A stretch of 64,000 nt of DNA from Octopus sinensis (lineage: Eukaryota): contig NC_042999.1 of NCBI RefSeq assembly GCF_006345805.1, forward strand, positions 44,206,001-44,270,000, in the 5' to 3' direction. The notes beneath the pieces are model-generated. The model had not been told where the DNA came from. It made no database searches and was given only the letters and a program-made list of their open reading frames with translations. This document shows, piece by piece, positions 1 to 13,010 of this stretch. A program made the translations under genes and the position numbers. Position 1 is the stretch's first letter. The number at the start of each line of letters is the position of its first letter.

Positions 1-178
1 TAAACAAAGGGATTAAGTCGATTACATCGACCCCAGTGCGTAACTGGTACTTAATTTATCGACCCCGAAAGGATGAAAGGCAAAGTCGACCTCGGCGGAA
101 TTTGAACTCGGAACGCAACGACAGACGAAATACGGCTACGAATTTCGCCTGGCGTGCTAACGTTTCTGCCAGCTCATG
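1..178 (-). mobile_element. tRNA-derived SINE family B (central gcctttcatcctttcggggtcgat domain, resembling the Meta-type domain), cut by the window start
   Basis: Reverse complement of gagctggcagaaacgttagcacgcc...gttcaaattccgccgaggtcgac. Confidence 0.88.
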
Positions 179-514
179 AATAAGCTAGCTTTGCTTGAGG
201 CAGGGAACCTATATTACAGGGAACCGCATCTATGAAATGCTAGACATATTTTCTACAAAGCTATTTGCGACAAAATTATTTTCATACTGTAAATAATCCC
301 ATATTTATATGGAAAACAAAAACTAATAAATTAGTATTGATTTAATTATCTTATTTGAGTTATTTTATATTAAAAATATGTAAAAAGCAAAGAGAAAAAC
401 CAAAATTATTTATATGTCTATCATATAAAATAAAACTGTTGCTCCATCTTTTCGTACATGCGCTGACATTGTGATAGCAATTTAGGCTGTACCTTCATCG
501 TAGTCCAATTAACC

Positions 515-638
515 ATGTTACCTAAGTCACCTCTTGGGATTGCTGCTGCCGGTGTAGGAATATGTTTTCTAGGTTATTGCATTTATTTTGATCACAAAAG
601 AAGGAGCGACCCATTATTTAAACAGAAACTTCGTGAAA
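515..638 (+). CDS. TOMM20: TOM20 mitochondrial import receptor, coding exon 1 (MLPKSPLGIAAAGVGICFLGYCIYFDHKRRSDPLFKQKLRE; N-terminal TM anchor)
   Basis: Hand translation gives the TOM20 signature GYCIYFDxKRRSDP. The donor GTTAGT is at 639 (phase 1). Not in the ORF track because it is too short. Confidence 0.96.
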
Positions 639-3600
639 GTTAGTACAAATAACATTTATGCTGTTTTTTCACCACAAAAAATGTATAATAATCTGCCATC
701 ATGAATATAATTTTCTCATGTTTTTTCTCCCACATTTTCATTTTATGATATAGATATTATGAAATGGTCGAATAATAATAGTAGAAATCTTTACATATGT
801 GTTTTTTTGACTATATGTATTTGCATTATTTTGTCATGCCTGTAAGAATTGCAGCTTTCGTGTTTGTATTTCCTACTTCATTAAAATACGTAAGTCGCGA
901 CCTCTAAGGTGTCATCTGCCCGGTTTCTCATCTTTCAGACCCACGTTGGTTTTACTTCATATTCCAGTTTCTCCCCTTTTTTTTTATGTAATATCTCCTT
1001 TATTCTGTTTTCTTTCCCTTATGTTTATTTAATAATGTAAATGTAATATTCTTATATTTGAAAATTGATTGACATGTTCACATTCAGTTTAATAATCGAT
1101 ATTGGTGTATTATCAGAATCGTTTCTGTTGGATTTAAGGCTTAACCCTTCACGTTCTGTGTTCAGATCCCGACATAGTCTATCACTGCGCTTTTTTAACC
1201 TTTCGGGTTGGTAAAATAAAATACGAGTAAATTGTTGTAAATACAAGGCAACATGCTTACTGCTTAATTTTTGTGAATCAAATTAATTTTTTCTCTTCCT
1301 CGTATGTGTAATTAGCCAGGCGTGATTTTATTAGTGTTGTAAATTATCAAGATTCTTCAAAATTTACTCTATATACAAACGAGAGAAAGGGAACATCAAT
1401 TCGATAAAATTTACATACGAAATATTTCACTATTAGTGCGCTTAACCCTACACAACCTGCTTGAAGTAAAATTAAAAATTAAATTAACCCAGAAATTAGC
1501 TGAAGAGAGTGAGGCTAGTTTTAATTACTCTGACAAAGCCCACAACTTGTTTTTGTGAGCTAAAATTAATATTTTCTATATAGATATTAACAGTGTTTGT
1601 ACTGTGGAGCTTTTATTTATTTCTATTAATAATTTCATTGAAAGTAATAGCATTGACCTCTGGTGCGAGTGTAGAGTATTCGTATGTTATTTTATTTACC
1701 ATAACTACAATTTGGTACCCCATCTCCATGACTTTGGTTCCGAATAATTTTTTTTAATTGCTGATACATTTTCGAGAATGTAGTATTACTATTATGGTTT
1801 TTTTCCCCACTAAATTTTGCCAAAGTCATTGTAATCTACACTCGAAAATATCTGTGCGTTTTTAGTATAGTTGTGAAGAAGCAAAAGTTGGGAGAATAAT
1901 CTAAAAAATCCTGAGAATATTTTTTTCAGGAGGCACCAAACTGTAGTTAGGCTTTTTACTTTATACATATTTTTTTTTTACTCCTGTAAATAGCATTCTT
2001 TTTCGCTAGAAAAAGTGTCGTACTTTCATTTATTTCCACCCTAAAAGTTTGTAAATTGACTTCACTGCAAGAAGGTGGACATAGCTGCGATTTCGGGAAG
2101 TATCGAAATATAAAATTACTACTGAGACTAAAGAGAGAAAAGGAGGGGGGAATAATTAATCAATGAAAATTAAGTTGCATGTCAGCTGTGCTTCGTTTTA
2201 ACCCGATCCAGTTTTACCAGTCAAATCCGGAGTCATTTTTAAGTACACGCACACAAAAAACTTGTGGAATTAAAGAAATCAATGGGGATTTTCTCAAGTT
2301 ATTTATTGATAGCTGTACTCTTTGGAAGAAAGTAATTTTAAGATCATCTTTTATTGTAGCATATCGATTTCATGAAGGAGCCCTTCTAAACCTCTTCACC
2401 ACTCGTTTCATCATAATGCTATTCTTTCAAGGACGAATTGTTTTGTTTTTGTTCTTTTTAAGCGATTCTACATATAGAAAATTGATGAATTAAGTACAGA
2501 GGTTGATATGACGGACTAAAATCCATGAAAGCTGTACCCCAACATGACAACAGTTTAATGACTGAAACCGGTTAAAGTATTTTAAACGATCAGCTGGAAC
2601 ATTCATTAAGTAATCTGTTGTAATTAGTTCGTGTGAAAGTAAGAATTTCAAGATTTTGCTCTTGGGTCAAATATTTATATAACACTAGATAGAAAAATAA
2701 TAATTACTTCTGGCTGCTTACTTATTAAAAACTTCTTAGAAGGGTTACATTGTATAAAGTGAATTTTGATGTCTTCGTTGTACTTATGATTTACTGTTAA
2801 TGTTTATTGAAAATAAATTCAGAAACTAAATAATAATGGTTTCATAGTATGACACAGGACCAGCAATTTTAGGGGAGAGTTAAATCAATTACATTAACCC
2901 AAGTGCTAAACAGGTACTTATTTTATCAATCCTGAAAGGATGGAATGCAAAGTTGATCTCAGTGGAATCTGAGCTGAGCATAAAAAGCCAGAAGAGATGC
3001 TGTGAAGCATTGTGTCTGATGCATTAACGATTCTGCCACTTTGTCACTTATTAGAAATTATTAAAAAGTAGTAGTTGTAAAGTTATTGTTGAATGAACTG
3101 GAGGTGATGCCATATCAGCTTCTACAATGTAGATGAGGAAACTAAAACTCTCTGTAGTTAGTTGCAGCACTGAGCTCGCTAAAAAATTCTACCAAACTGT
3201 TGTCGGCCTTCTTCTCATTATGGCTAGTCAAAATCTATTGCAGACATTCAAGTCTTGATGTCTTGGGAGTATTTCTGTATGTTGCTAAGCTTTATAAATA
3301 AACTCAAAGAGGATCGAGGCTACGAAGGCCCTTACCTTTAATGGGTTAAGCAATGTCTAAGAAACGGCTTTGTCAGTGCAGGGAACCAGAATATTTTGAT
3401 ATAATATGTAGAAGACCAAGGGCAGTAAAGGTAGATAAGTTAAGGTGGAGCTGGTAATTGCATACTGGATATTTTTCAAACAAGATGAAAGACATTTGTA
3501 TCTATTGACAACATACATTGTCTGTTACAAAAGGCATGATTGTAAGTGAAGTAATTGTATATGGTAATGAATACAGAGGAAAGAGAACTAAATTGTGTAT

Positions 3601-3743
3601 GTGTCGGATGAAAAAGAATTGCGAAATAGTTGTAAAAAAATACATAACATAGGCCAGATTTAGCTTGGAATAGTAAATTGAAAAACTTTACCTGAGATAA
3701 TCCTGACAATCAGAAGGCAAAAATGCTTCCTAAAAGTGTTTAA

Positions 3744-3961
3744 CCCTTTAGTGTTTAAACCGGCCATATCAGGCCAAAATTGTCTTCCTGTTATATGCTC
3801 AAACCAGCCAGCTCTGACCTCTCACACCTACCCTACAGTCATTCTAAAAATAAACAGGGACATCGTCAAAATCTCAGAGTTACAAAATGCTGTACAATTA
3901 ATTTAAAACAATGTAATTAAACAGGCTTTACATTTGACAGAGTAATCTGAATGCTAAAGGG
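3744..3961. mobile_element. piggyBac-like MITE (family P1)
   Basis: TTAA|CCCTTTAG...CTAAAGGG|TTAA. Related copies lie at about 4228-4409 (inverted), 37790-38005 and 53060-53255. Confidence 0.8.
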
Positions 3962-4566
3962 TTAAGAAAGAAAAAACAAGGGAGATAATTACAATATTCT
4001 CATCTGGTTCTATAGTTTACCTCCATTGAATTATGAAACAAATCTGTTGTGCTTGTATGATCAGGTTCTGTGACATTGAAGCAAACTTGTAACTAAGAGT
4101 ATCTTGATATCATTTTGCATTTGGAATGGCTTCACTTTGTGCATTAGTGTTTTAGAGAATGTCTACAATATCAAAATATCTGGTTTCTTGAGAATTTTAA
4201 ATTATATTCTAATGTATTTTAAATATTTACGCATTCAGATTACTGTCAAATATGTTTAATTCACATTGTTTTGAATTATGCATTATCTTATTGAGATTTT
4301 GATGTGGTGGTTTATTTTTAGAATGACATTGTAGGGGTGTGAGAGGCCAGATCTGGCTAGGTTGAATATTTGTGCTGGATATGGTCAGTTTGAATGCTAA
4401 CGGGTTAAATGTAATAAATGTTTATCTCTAACAGCTGGTGTAATTTTCATGGATTTTATTTAATCTCAGGTGCTCTTTGGTTTAATCATCTATGCAGTAG
4501 CATTTTGATACTTAGAAACTTTTCTGCGGGTACTTTGTATCTAATTACTGTATCCTTCTAATTTAG

Positions 4567-4610
4567 GACGACGGAAACAGCGTCAGAATGCCAAAAAAGG
4601 ACCTACTCCA
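4567..4610 (+). CDS. TOMM20: TOMM20 coding exon 2 (R-RRKQRQNAKKGPTP)
   Basis: Acceptor tttag, donor GTAAGT, 44 nt. Phase 1 to 0 joins exon 1 to exon 3 in frame. Encodes the basic linker typical of TOM20. Confidence 0.9.
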
Positions 4611-6286
4611 GTAAGTAAAAATACTATAAAAATATTTTATTTCAGCAAAAGCAGTTTAAAATTTATGGGGCAAAAATATTTTTTCTTAGTTTGTCTTGTA
4701 TGAAAGATATATAATTGGTGTACCTGTAAAGTTACCCCATTCCTTTTACTTTAGATACTTACTCTAAAACCATCTTATAAGTCTTATTCAGTTATTTTCT
4801 TAACCCCCTTGATACTAACCCACATGAAACCACTCCTAGTTCAGTGATATAAACTTTCCATTTTAAACTGATATAAATTTTTAAAATCCATTAAAATTTC
4901 ATATTGATTTATGTTCCAAGTAGTAGCTAAATAATGACAAAATTGTATTACTAAATTCTGTTATTTTCAAAATTAATTGAAACAAAAGTATTTCAACAGA
5001 AATATGGTAACAAAAGGGTTACCATATTTTGTTCTTGCTAGCGTTCGCTGCTATTTAAACCCCAACTATCTTTTTATATTTAATCTGTCTCCTAGTTTAA
5101 ACAATCTGATCCTTAGGTCCCATCGGTGGAGTTCACTATGTTGCTAGCATTTAGATCATCTTCAGGTGCTGCTCTTCCTCTTTTCACCAAATCTTTTGGG
5201 GGCAAGAAAGTTCCTTCGAATATATATCTATTCAGATTTCCAATGCACTTTCAGCTTTACATCCTCATTTTTTTTCTTCTCCAACCTTTGCCAAACTCTA
5301 GTTGTCATCTGATCCTTGCAATCAAGAAAATATAATTTTGAAACATAAAGAAGAAAGTGACTACATTTACTATGTATTATATTCTTAAATTCTATACAAT
5401 TATTCTAATCATGCAACAAACAAATTAGCTAATTAGAAAATCTCTCTGAGATAAAAGCAGTAACTATACTGAGAAGTAAGGGTTATCACCAGTTGCAATA
5501 ACCATTATTCTAATCTTTCTTTCTGTTAGTCAGGTGGCCTTGTCACCCAACTTGGTGGCTCTCAAATTGATGAATACCAGCCCTCTCCTCTATATTAATG
5601 AAAAGACCATCCTTTCAGGGTTGATAAAATGAGTACCAATTGAGCATGGTGGGGTCAATATAATCAACTAGCCCTCGGCCTCGGTTTCCAGACCTTGTGT
5701 CTATAGCAGAAAGAAATTTTATTAAACATGGCAATTTGTTCACCTCCTTTTCAATCTATATCTTCCACTTATCAAGGGAGGCCTTCTTGCCACTATTACA
5801 AATATTAACCTAACTCAATGGATTATTTTTATATTTTGGGAGTACAATCCAAAAAGCAGATATAACATCTGGATTATGCCTGTTGTTCATTTTGTGTATT
5901 GAGACATGGCAGATTTTACCACATTTTGAAATAGAAAACCACAGAACAATTAGTAAATGTTCAATAAAAGACTTTGATGCAATTAATCATTTAAAATAAT
6001 TCTTTTTTGGAACTGACTCTCAAAACAATTATAAAGCTATTATATGTGCTTTGAGATCCAGTTCCAGAAGAGAATTATTTCACATATTTTGTACACTCTG
6101 TAAAGTGGCTGGCATTAGGAAGGCATCCAGCTGTATGAACCATGCCAAAACAGACAGTAGAGCTTGGTGCAGTCCTCTGGCTTCCCAGCTTCTGTCAAAC
6201 CTTCCAATCCATGCCAGCACGGAAGATAGATGTTAGATGATGATGATGATGACATTTACATTTGTTAATTCTTTTTACTTTTCTAG

Positions 6287-6368
6287 CTTCCTGCAATGAA
6301 TAGCCCTCTTGAAATGCAGAAATTTTTCTTACAAGAAGTTCATAATGGTGAAGAATTATTAGCTCAAG
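6287..6368 (+). CDS. TOMM20: TOMM20 coding exon 3 (LPAMNSPLEMQKFFLQEVHNGEELLAQ-G)
   Basis: Acceptor ttctag, donor GTATAT, 82 nt. Matches the TOM20 motif QKFFLxExxxGEELLAQG. Confidence 0.95.
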
Positions 6369-6423
6369 GTATATATATTTTGTTCTTTTTATAAACATTT
6401 TCCATTTTTAGTTAAAATTAATA

Positions 6424-6796
6424 GGCGCAGGAGTGGCTGTGTGGTAAGTAGCTTGATTACCAACCACATGGTTCTGGGTTCAGTCCCACTGTGTGGCACC
6501 TTGGGCAAGTGTCTTCTACTATAGCCTCGGGCCAACCAAAGCCTTGTAAGTGGATTTGGTAGACGGAAACTGAAAGAAGCCCATTGTATGTATGTGTGTG
6601 TGTATGTATATATATATATGTTTTGTTTGTCTCCCCAACATCGCTTGACAACTGATGCTGATGCGTTTACATCCCCGTAACTTAGCAGTTCAGCAAAAAG
6701 AGACCAATAGACTATCCTGGGGTCGATTTGCTCGACTAAAGGCGGTGCTCCAGCATGGCCACAGTCAAATGACTGAAACAAGTAAAAGTAAGAGTT
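6424..6796 (+). mobile_element. tRNA-derived CORE-type SINE (family A; octopus OR/OK-like), full length
   Basis: tRNA-like head (gtggctgtgtggtaag...ggttcagtccc), CORE-like caccttgggcaagtg, an internal (TA/TG)n run and a gaaacaagtaaaagag tail. More than 20 copies in the window. Confidence 0.9.
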
Positions 6797-8598
6797 CAAG
6801 TGTGCCATTTTACCTTTAGATTTACTAAGGACTTAGAAAATGTGCCCTGCAAGACTAATTTGTGATTCACTCTTTAGTGGTGACAAGAGCTAGGAACATT
6901 CATCGCTATATTAGCATCAAAGATGAAGTGGAAAATAAAGAAATTTCACTGAAACAGTAACTTTTTGTTTTACTGAGAGTTTTTCTTAGGTTTTCTTTCA
7001 TAACAATATTTAGAATAGGTAAGTAATATTTGTTTGCATTATCTACAGAGAATGGTGTAAGTTAAATGAAAAAGTATCATGGAGCAGATATTTTTAGTTT
7101 AACTGAAATGGTCTCAGTTTAGCACACTCGTCTTGGTACCTTGTCATATCTAAGATTTAATTCCAAACATCATATATTTCATCTTGTTTCATTTAATACG
7201 AAAATTATGTAATTACTTAATTAGCTGTGCTTTTGTCACTGTGTGTCTACTAAACTAGGCAGCTTATAAAAAAAATGATGTAAACATTTTGTGTAAAGAA
7301 GGAAGTGGTTAAGAGAAAGTCAGGGGAAAGTTGGTAGCAAATGGGAAACTTAAGGATAAGTTGTTGGATTAGGACAATAAAATGTATATGTTCAAAGAGT
7401 TCTTTGTTTTGTTTTTTTTTGTTTAATGACTGGTATAAAAATAAAGTAACAGTGAGAAAATGATATTTTTGTCAATTTTAAAAAGAGAAAGGAGTTACAT
7501 TTTAATATTTCAATTAGTCTGTATCAGAAACTGGTAACCCTACGATGATCATGTAGCTTAGCCACAGGTCGGATGGGATCATCCAAATATTTTTCCCCTC
7601 CAATTTTAGTGAATCTAAGATTATATTTTCCTATGTATCTTTGGAGATTTTTTTGTCTTTTTTAAGAGTGTGTGATTTAATGGAACTTTACCTGCTGATC
7701 AAGTGAGTGTGGAAAGGCCTCTCAATTCGACTCAAAACTTATGAGGTTTAGAAAGGGAACTTGAAGTAGTATTTATCTAAACTAAATTTACAAAATAACA
7801 AAATCAAGAAACTACAGAACTGTCTAGACTGACTATAAACATTGAACGATAAGATGACACATTAGTGATCTTAATATTGAATGGGTTTTTTTTTCCTATG
7901 AAGAATTTAATGGGAAAAAAAGGGGCTTTTTTTAACTACTGAGTAAAGTGATTTGTTAGTTGAAAAGATCCAAGTTGTGCTGATTTCATGCTCTGTTTAG
8001 GGGCCAGTTTTGTATTATTAACCAACCTGTTTTGATGTGTGAACCAGTTAAATGTTAAACTGTACATTTGCTTCCCATTATTAGCATATAAATTAGTTCT
8101 CAGTGAAATCTAACAAAAATTACACTTATTGGTGTCCGTATAGTTCCCTGTAGCTAAGATGTGTGCTTATTTGTTTTCTGTGTTCATCATAATTGTGCCA
8201 AATTTCACTCTCACCCATCCCTCTCGTTGCTGTTTGATAGAAATAAATGCTTGCAATTTTAAGACAATCTTGTACATCAGTATTGAAGGCTAAAATATCA
8301 GTATTCATGTATACCAATAAGTTTTCAATGTTTCAGTTGTTAGATGTGTAATACTGTAGAATATGAGTGCAAGCTTAGCCTTGTAGTTAAGAAGTTTGCT
8401 TTGCAGTCACATGCTTCCACTACATAACAACTTGGGGAAAGTATCCATGTTATGCTTTCTTTCAGTTTTCTCTCCCATTCACAACAATCCTTTGAAATGG
8501 CAATTTCATAGAACTTTTAAGGCTTAGCTATGCATGTGTATATAAAAGAAAACATAATATTATTAAGTTGATGATTGTTTTATTGTCTCTTGTTTTAG

Positions 8599-8741
8599 GC
8601 GATATTAATGGAGGAATAGAGCATCTCAGTAATGCTGTTGCTGTATGTGGTCAGCCTCATCAGTTGCTCCAAGTACTACAGCAGACACTCCCAGCCCATG
8701 TATTCCAGAAGCTATTAGAGCAACTACCAATTGTAACACAA
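8599..8741 (+). CDS. TOMM20: TOMM20 coding exon 4 (G-DINGGIEHLSNAVAVCGQPHQLLQVLQQTLPAHVFQKLLEQLPIVTQ; TPR-like presequence-binding core)
   Basis: Lies within ORF 8568..8804. Acceptor ttttag, donor GTAAGT, 143 nt. Motif HLxNAxAVCGQPxQLLQVLQQTLP. Confidence 0.97.
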
Positions 8742-8802
8742 GTAAGTACCATTAAACTGTTGTTCATATATATTATCATAGTTATTATTACAAGAGCAGA
8801 GT

Positions 8803-9016
8803 AAGATGGTGAGCTGGCAGAATTGTTAGCATGCCTGGCAAAATGCTTAGCAGCATTTTGTCTGTCTTTACATTCTGAGTTCAAATTCTGCCCAGGTCGA
8901 CTTTATCTTTCATCCTTTCGGGGGTCAATAAATTAAGTACCAGTCAAGTACTGGGGTTAGTTAAATCGACTAGCCCCTCCCCACAAATTCCAGGTCTTGT
9001 GCCTATAGTAGGAAGG
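8803..9016 (+). mobile_element. Family B SINE with TSD attatta(c/t)aagagcag
   Basis: Direct repeats at 8784-8799 and 9017-9032. Confidence 0.85.
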
Positions 9017-9921
9017 ATTATTATAAGAGCAGTGGATTAATAGAATCATTAGCGCATTGAACAGAATACTTTGAAATATTTCTTCCTGTTAATTATGCTC
9101 TGAGTTCAAATGATGTTGAAGTCAATTTTGCTTTTCATCCCTTTGGGGTCAATAAATGACCAGTCAAATGCTGGGGTAAGTGATAATGGATAAAGCTGAC
9201 CCTTCAAAACTGCTGTCCTTGTGCCTGACAAAGAATACGGAAATGCATTTTTTTAAGGTTTGATATAATAGTACTATACCAGGACCAATTCGTTTAGCTG
9301 TATTCTCTCCCTTAAACAATCGGCTTGTGTGTTAGAAACCTTTCTCATAATTATTTTAGTTCTAATCTTTTGACTCATTAAAATTCATAATTTAAAAAAC
9401 AGCAAAATACTTAATCAGCTGATCTAGAGATAGCCAAGTGATTAAGAGTTTCATTTCCCATTTACATGTTTCTCACTTCAATTCTGGTACACAACATCTT
9501 GAGTCAAGTATCTCATACCATAGCTTCAGGTCAAATGAAACTGAATAGATGGAAACTGTGGAAGCCTATTGATTGGATTGTACCTATTCTTGCGTAATAG
9601 ACTTAATTGCTCAGTTTAACACCATTACCACCTGAACCATGGATGCCTTCAGTAGAATCCACTCTCTTGCAAGCATTTAGACTAGGTTCATGGTCATATG
9701 ATTTGATATCTTGATTTGCACCTATTGCAGCAATCTGAGTTGTGGTTTCTTCCTGCTTTGTCCTCCATAGATACTGGAGGACTAGAAAAGTTATGAATAC
9801 CTCTCAACTTCCTTTAAGCCCCACCAATATTTTTTTAACTGTACCTCTCCTCACTACTAGAATTTAGTTTGTACCTGAAAAAGAAATCATTACTCTGCAT
9901 AACTGCATAATATATATATAT

Positions 9922-10228
9922 ACTGGCTTCTGTGCCGGTGGCACATAAAAAGCACCATCCGAACGTGGCCAATGCCAGCGCCGCCTTGACTGGCTTCTGT
10001 GCCGGTGGCATGTTAAAAGCACCACCCGATCATGGCCGATGCCAGACTCCCCTGGCACGTAAAAAGCACCCACTATACCGCGGAGTGGTTGGCGTTAGGA
10101 AGGGCATCCAGCTGTAGAAACACTGCCAGATCAGGCTGGAGCCTGGTGCAGCCCCTGGCTTCCCAGACCCCCGGTTGAACCGTCCAACCCGTGCTAGCGC
10201 GGAAAACGGGCGTTAAACGATGATGATA
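9922..10228 (+). mobile_element. (GAT)n-tailed RTE 3'-UTR-derived repeat; other copies at about 6100-6252, 12198-12385, 38950-39110, 44232-44515 and elsewhere
   Basis: ggttggcgttaggaagggcatccagctgtagaaac...gttaaacgatgatgat, matching the 3' end of the 57.3-kb LINE. Confidence 0.85.
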
Positions 10229-12534
10229 TATATATCTGCTAACTAGTTGAATGCAGTAATGCTTGCTTGTTTGGTAGTTAATTGACGTTGTGAACAAGCA
10301 AAGAGAAGCTTATGAGCTAAATGATAGAAATGTAATTTTTGAGCAAATAAGTTAAAATGGAAATTAAAAATGTAAATATGCATATGCATTCAACACAAAT
10401 TGAACATGAAATATATTGAAATTAGGAAAATGTATTTGTAAGGTTAACATAGAAGCCTCCTGTTAAAAATCTTATAAAAGCCACTGTATTGTGCAAGACA
10501 CTTAGCTTGTTTGCATTCCTACATCACAGTTGGGTAGTTAGCAGTTGATTGGATACATCTAGTTGTGAGAACAGTGAAGCAAGTGAATCGCTCCATATAA
10601 ATATGAAAGGTTGAATGTAAAGTGGTGAAACGATTTATTTGTGGAATGTAGTTATCACATTGTTTCTCAAGAATGAGTTTGATAGCCAATGTCACTTAAA
10701 TTTGAGGAGCATTACCCTAAAGGTTTAAAGATAAGTAGATTAAGAAGCAGTTGTATAGTTTCTTATAAATGATTATTATACTGTTGGCAGCAGTTCTGAC
10801 AATTCTGTTGAGTATTAATGCAAAAAAAGGCAATTGTGCTCTTGAACTCTGAAGCTATGCATTTGATCTACTAGCCTGTCACTAGATTGTTACATACTAT
10901 ATTGCTTGCTCTCTCTCCCTCGTGTGTAGGTGCATGGCTCAGTGGTTAGAGCATTAGGTTTACAATTGTGAGGTTATGAGTTCAATTCCTAGACCAGGCT
11001 GTGTGTTGTGTTCTTGAGTAAGACACTTTATTTCACATACTGGTACAAAGCTATATTCATTTGTATTCTTTTACTTGTTTTTTGACTGGCCATGCTGCAG
11101 CACTGCCTTGAAGTGTTTTTTAGTAAACAAATTGACCCCATGACTTTTTTTTTTAAGCCTAGTACTTATTCTGTTGATCTCTTGCTGAACTTCTAAGTTA
11201 CAGGGACATAAACACAGCAACACCAGTGATGGCAGGGACAAACAGATAGACATACACACACACATGATCTTTCAGTTTCTGTCTACCAAATCCACTCACA
11301 AGGCTTTGGTTGCCTGAGGCTATAGAAGACACTTGCCCAAGGTGCCACGCAGAGGAACTGAACCTACCTGTGCCTATATTGTATGGTTAAACTCACTTTG
11401 CAACCATGTGGTTTTGGGTTCAGTCAGTGTGTGGTACCTTGGGAAAGTTTCTTCTACTATAGACTTGGACCAACAAATGACTTGTGAATTTGAAAGGCAG
11501 AAATTGTGGAAGCACATCATGTCTGTATGTATGTGTTTGTTGCTTATCATTGCTTGATAATTGATGTTGGTTTGTTTACATCCCCTATAACTTAGTGGTT
11601 TAGCAAAAGAGGTCAATACAATAAAAACTGGAGTCAATTTGTTTGACTAAAACCTTCAAGGTAGTACCTTGGCATGTCTTACTTACACTTTCCTTGCTGG
11701 TATGTGTTGAACAGGTCCTTGTGGTCATGTTTTTATTCAGTTATTGTCCTAGACATACCTCCCTTGTACATTTAAATTTTGACATAGGTTCTACAGTTGG
11801 ATGCTCTGTATGTTTGTGAGAAGGTACAAAAAATTATTTCTAATTTAGTTTTGATTATAAATTCTTTCTTTTTTCGTAATATGCAGTTAAATTAGTGCTA
11901 AAACAATTGGGCTGGTGTCAGAGTAGAGAGTTTGGAGTTATGTCTTAAAGGAAATTGAGTAGTTATTTGATATGAACAAGATTTGTCTGCCACAGATTTT
12001 TATGATGAGCAAATATTTGTCAGAGCTGTGGTGAATGCCAGCTTCCACATCTACTACTACTAATATTTTTCTCATTGGCTTTTAGCCTAAATTTAGCATT
12101 TAAGTTAGCTGAAAGATGAAATGTTATAGTTAGTATGCTTAGCAGAAATGCAGACAACTATAAGGCCAGCCTACATTTTTTTTTTATTATCATTATTATT
12201 GGCACGTAAAAAACACCTACTACACTCTCGGAGTGGTTGGCATTATGAAGGGCATCCAGCTGTAGAAACTCTGCCAGATCAAGATTGGAGCCTGGTGCAA
12301 CCATCTGGTTCGCCAGCCCACAGTCAAACCGTCCAACCCATGTTAGCATGGAAAGCGGATGTTAAATGATGATGATGATGATGATTTTCCTACGTGATTA
12401 TATGCTCCTGCAGTTAAGACAAAATGACTGGTGTTTAAAATAATTTAAGCTTGGTTTTCAATGATTGTTTAATTCTATTTCTACGTTCTCCAAGACATTA
12501 ACCAATCTTTTTCAATTTTCTTTTTCCGTTTTAG

Positions 12535-12597
12535 CGTTTTGCAAATAGTAACTCAGCTGAATCCTCAAGCAAAGTGACAGAAGAGGAACTGGAATAA
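12535..12597 (+). CDS. TOMM20: TOMM20 last coding exon (RFANSNSAESSSKVTEEELE*)
   Basis: A pyrimidine tract and ttttag acceptor precede it. Phase 0; ends in an acidic EEELE-stop like the TOM20 C-terminal EDDVE. Confidence 0.88.
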   Translation, partial: RFANSNSAESSSKVTEEELE

Positions 12598-13004
12598 GTT
12601 AAACCTCAGGAATTTATATTTGTCTTCTCTGTTAAGCATAATGTTTGTGAACCATACAAACCAAATGCACACACTAATGTGAAAAAAAATATGTACCCAA
12701 AAAACATTGCTGTAGTAGCCATTGGCTATTTATTATGTATCTATTCATCATATCTCCTTCATGAAATAACTTGAGGTAACTTGGTTATCATAAATCAAAT
12801 ATTTGTTGACATGCTGTCCATAGCATTTCCAAACCTTTTGTCTAAAAATAAGACTTCACAAATTTGATATGCTAAGTACTTTTTATGTAAATGTTCATGG
12901 TGTAATATGAGATAAATTGATTTTGAAGGAAGAAAGAAATTCCTCTTAATTAGCCTCCTATCATTTAAAAGATTTAATTTTTTTTCTTTATTCATACTCT
13001 TTCC

Positions 13005-13010
13005 AATAAA
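13005..13010 (+). promoter_or_regulatory. Candidate TOMM20 polyadenylation signal AATAAA
   Basis: AATAAA about 410 nt after the stop codon. Position only; no transcript data. Confidence 0.35.

Noticed and set aside
452-465. Partial NRF1-like motif (ACATGCGC) upstream of the TOMM20 ATG
   Set aside because: Only a half-site match, which is not significant alone.
2179-2493. 104-aa + strand ORF in TOMM20 intron 1
   Set aside because: No recognisable motif and no splice context. Its composition is consistent with a chance ORF in AT-rich DNA.
639-12534. Intronic snoRNA in TOMM20 (I recall that human TOMM20 hosts SNORA14B)
   Set aside because: I could not identify a convincing H/ACA or C/D structure by eye. 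An Infernal/Rfam scan would be needed.
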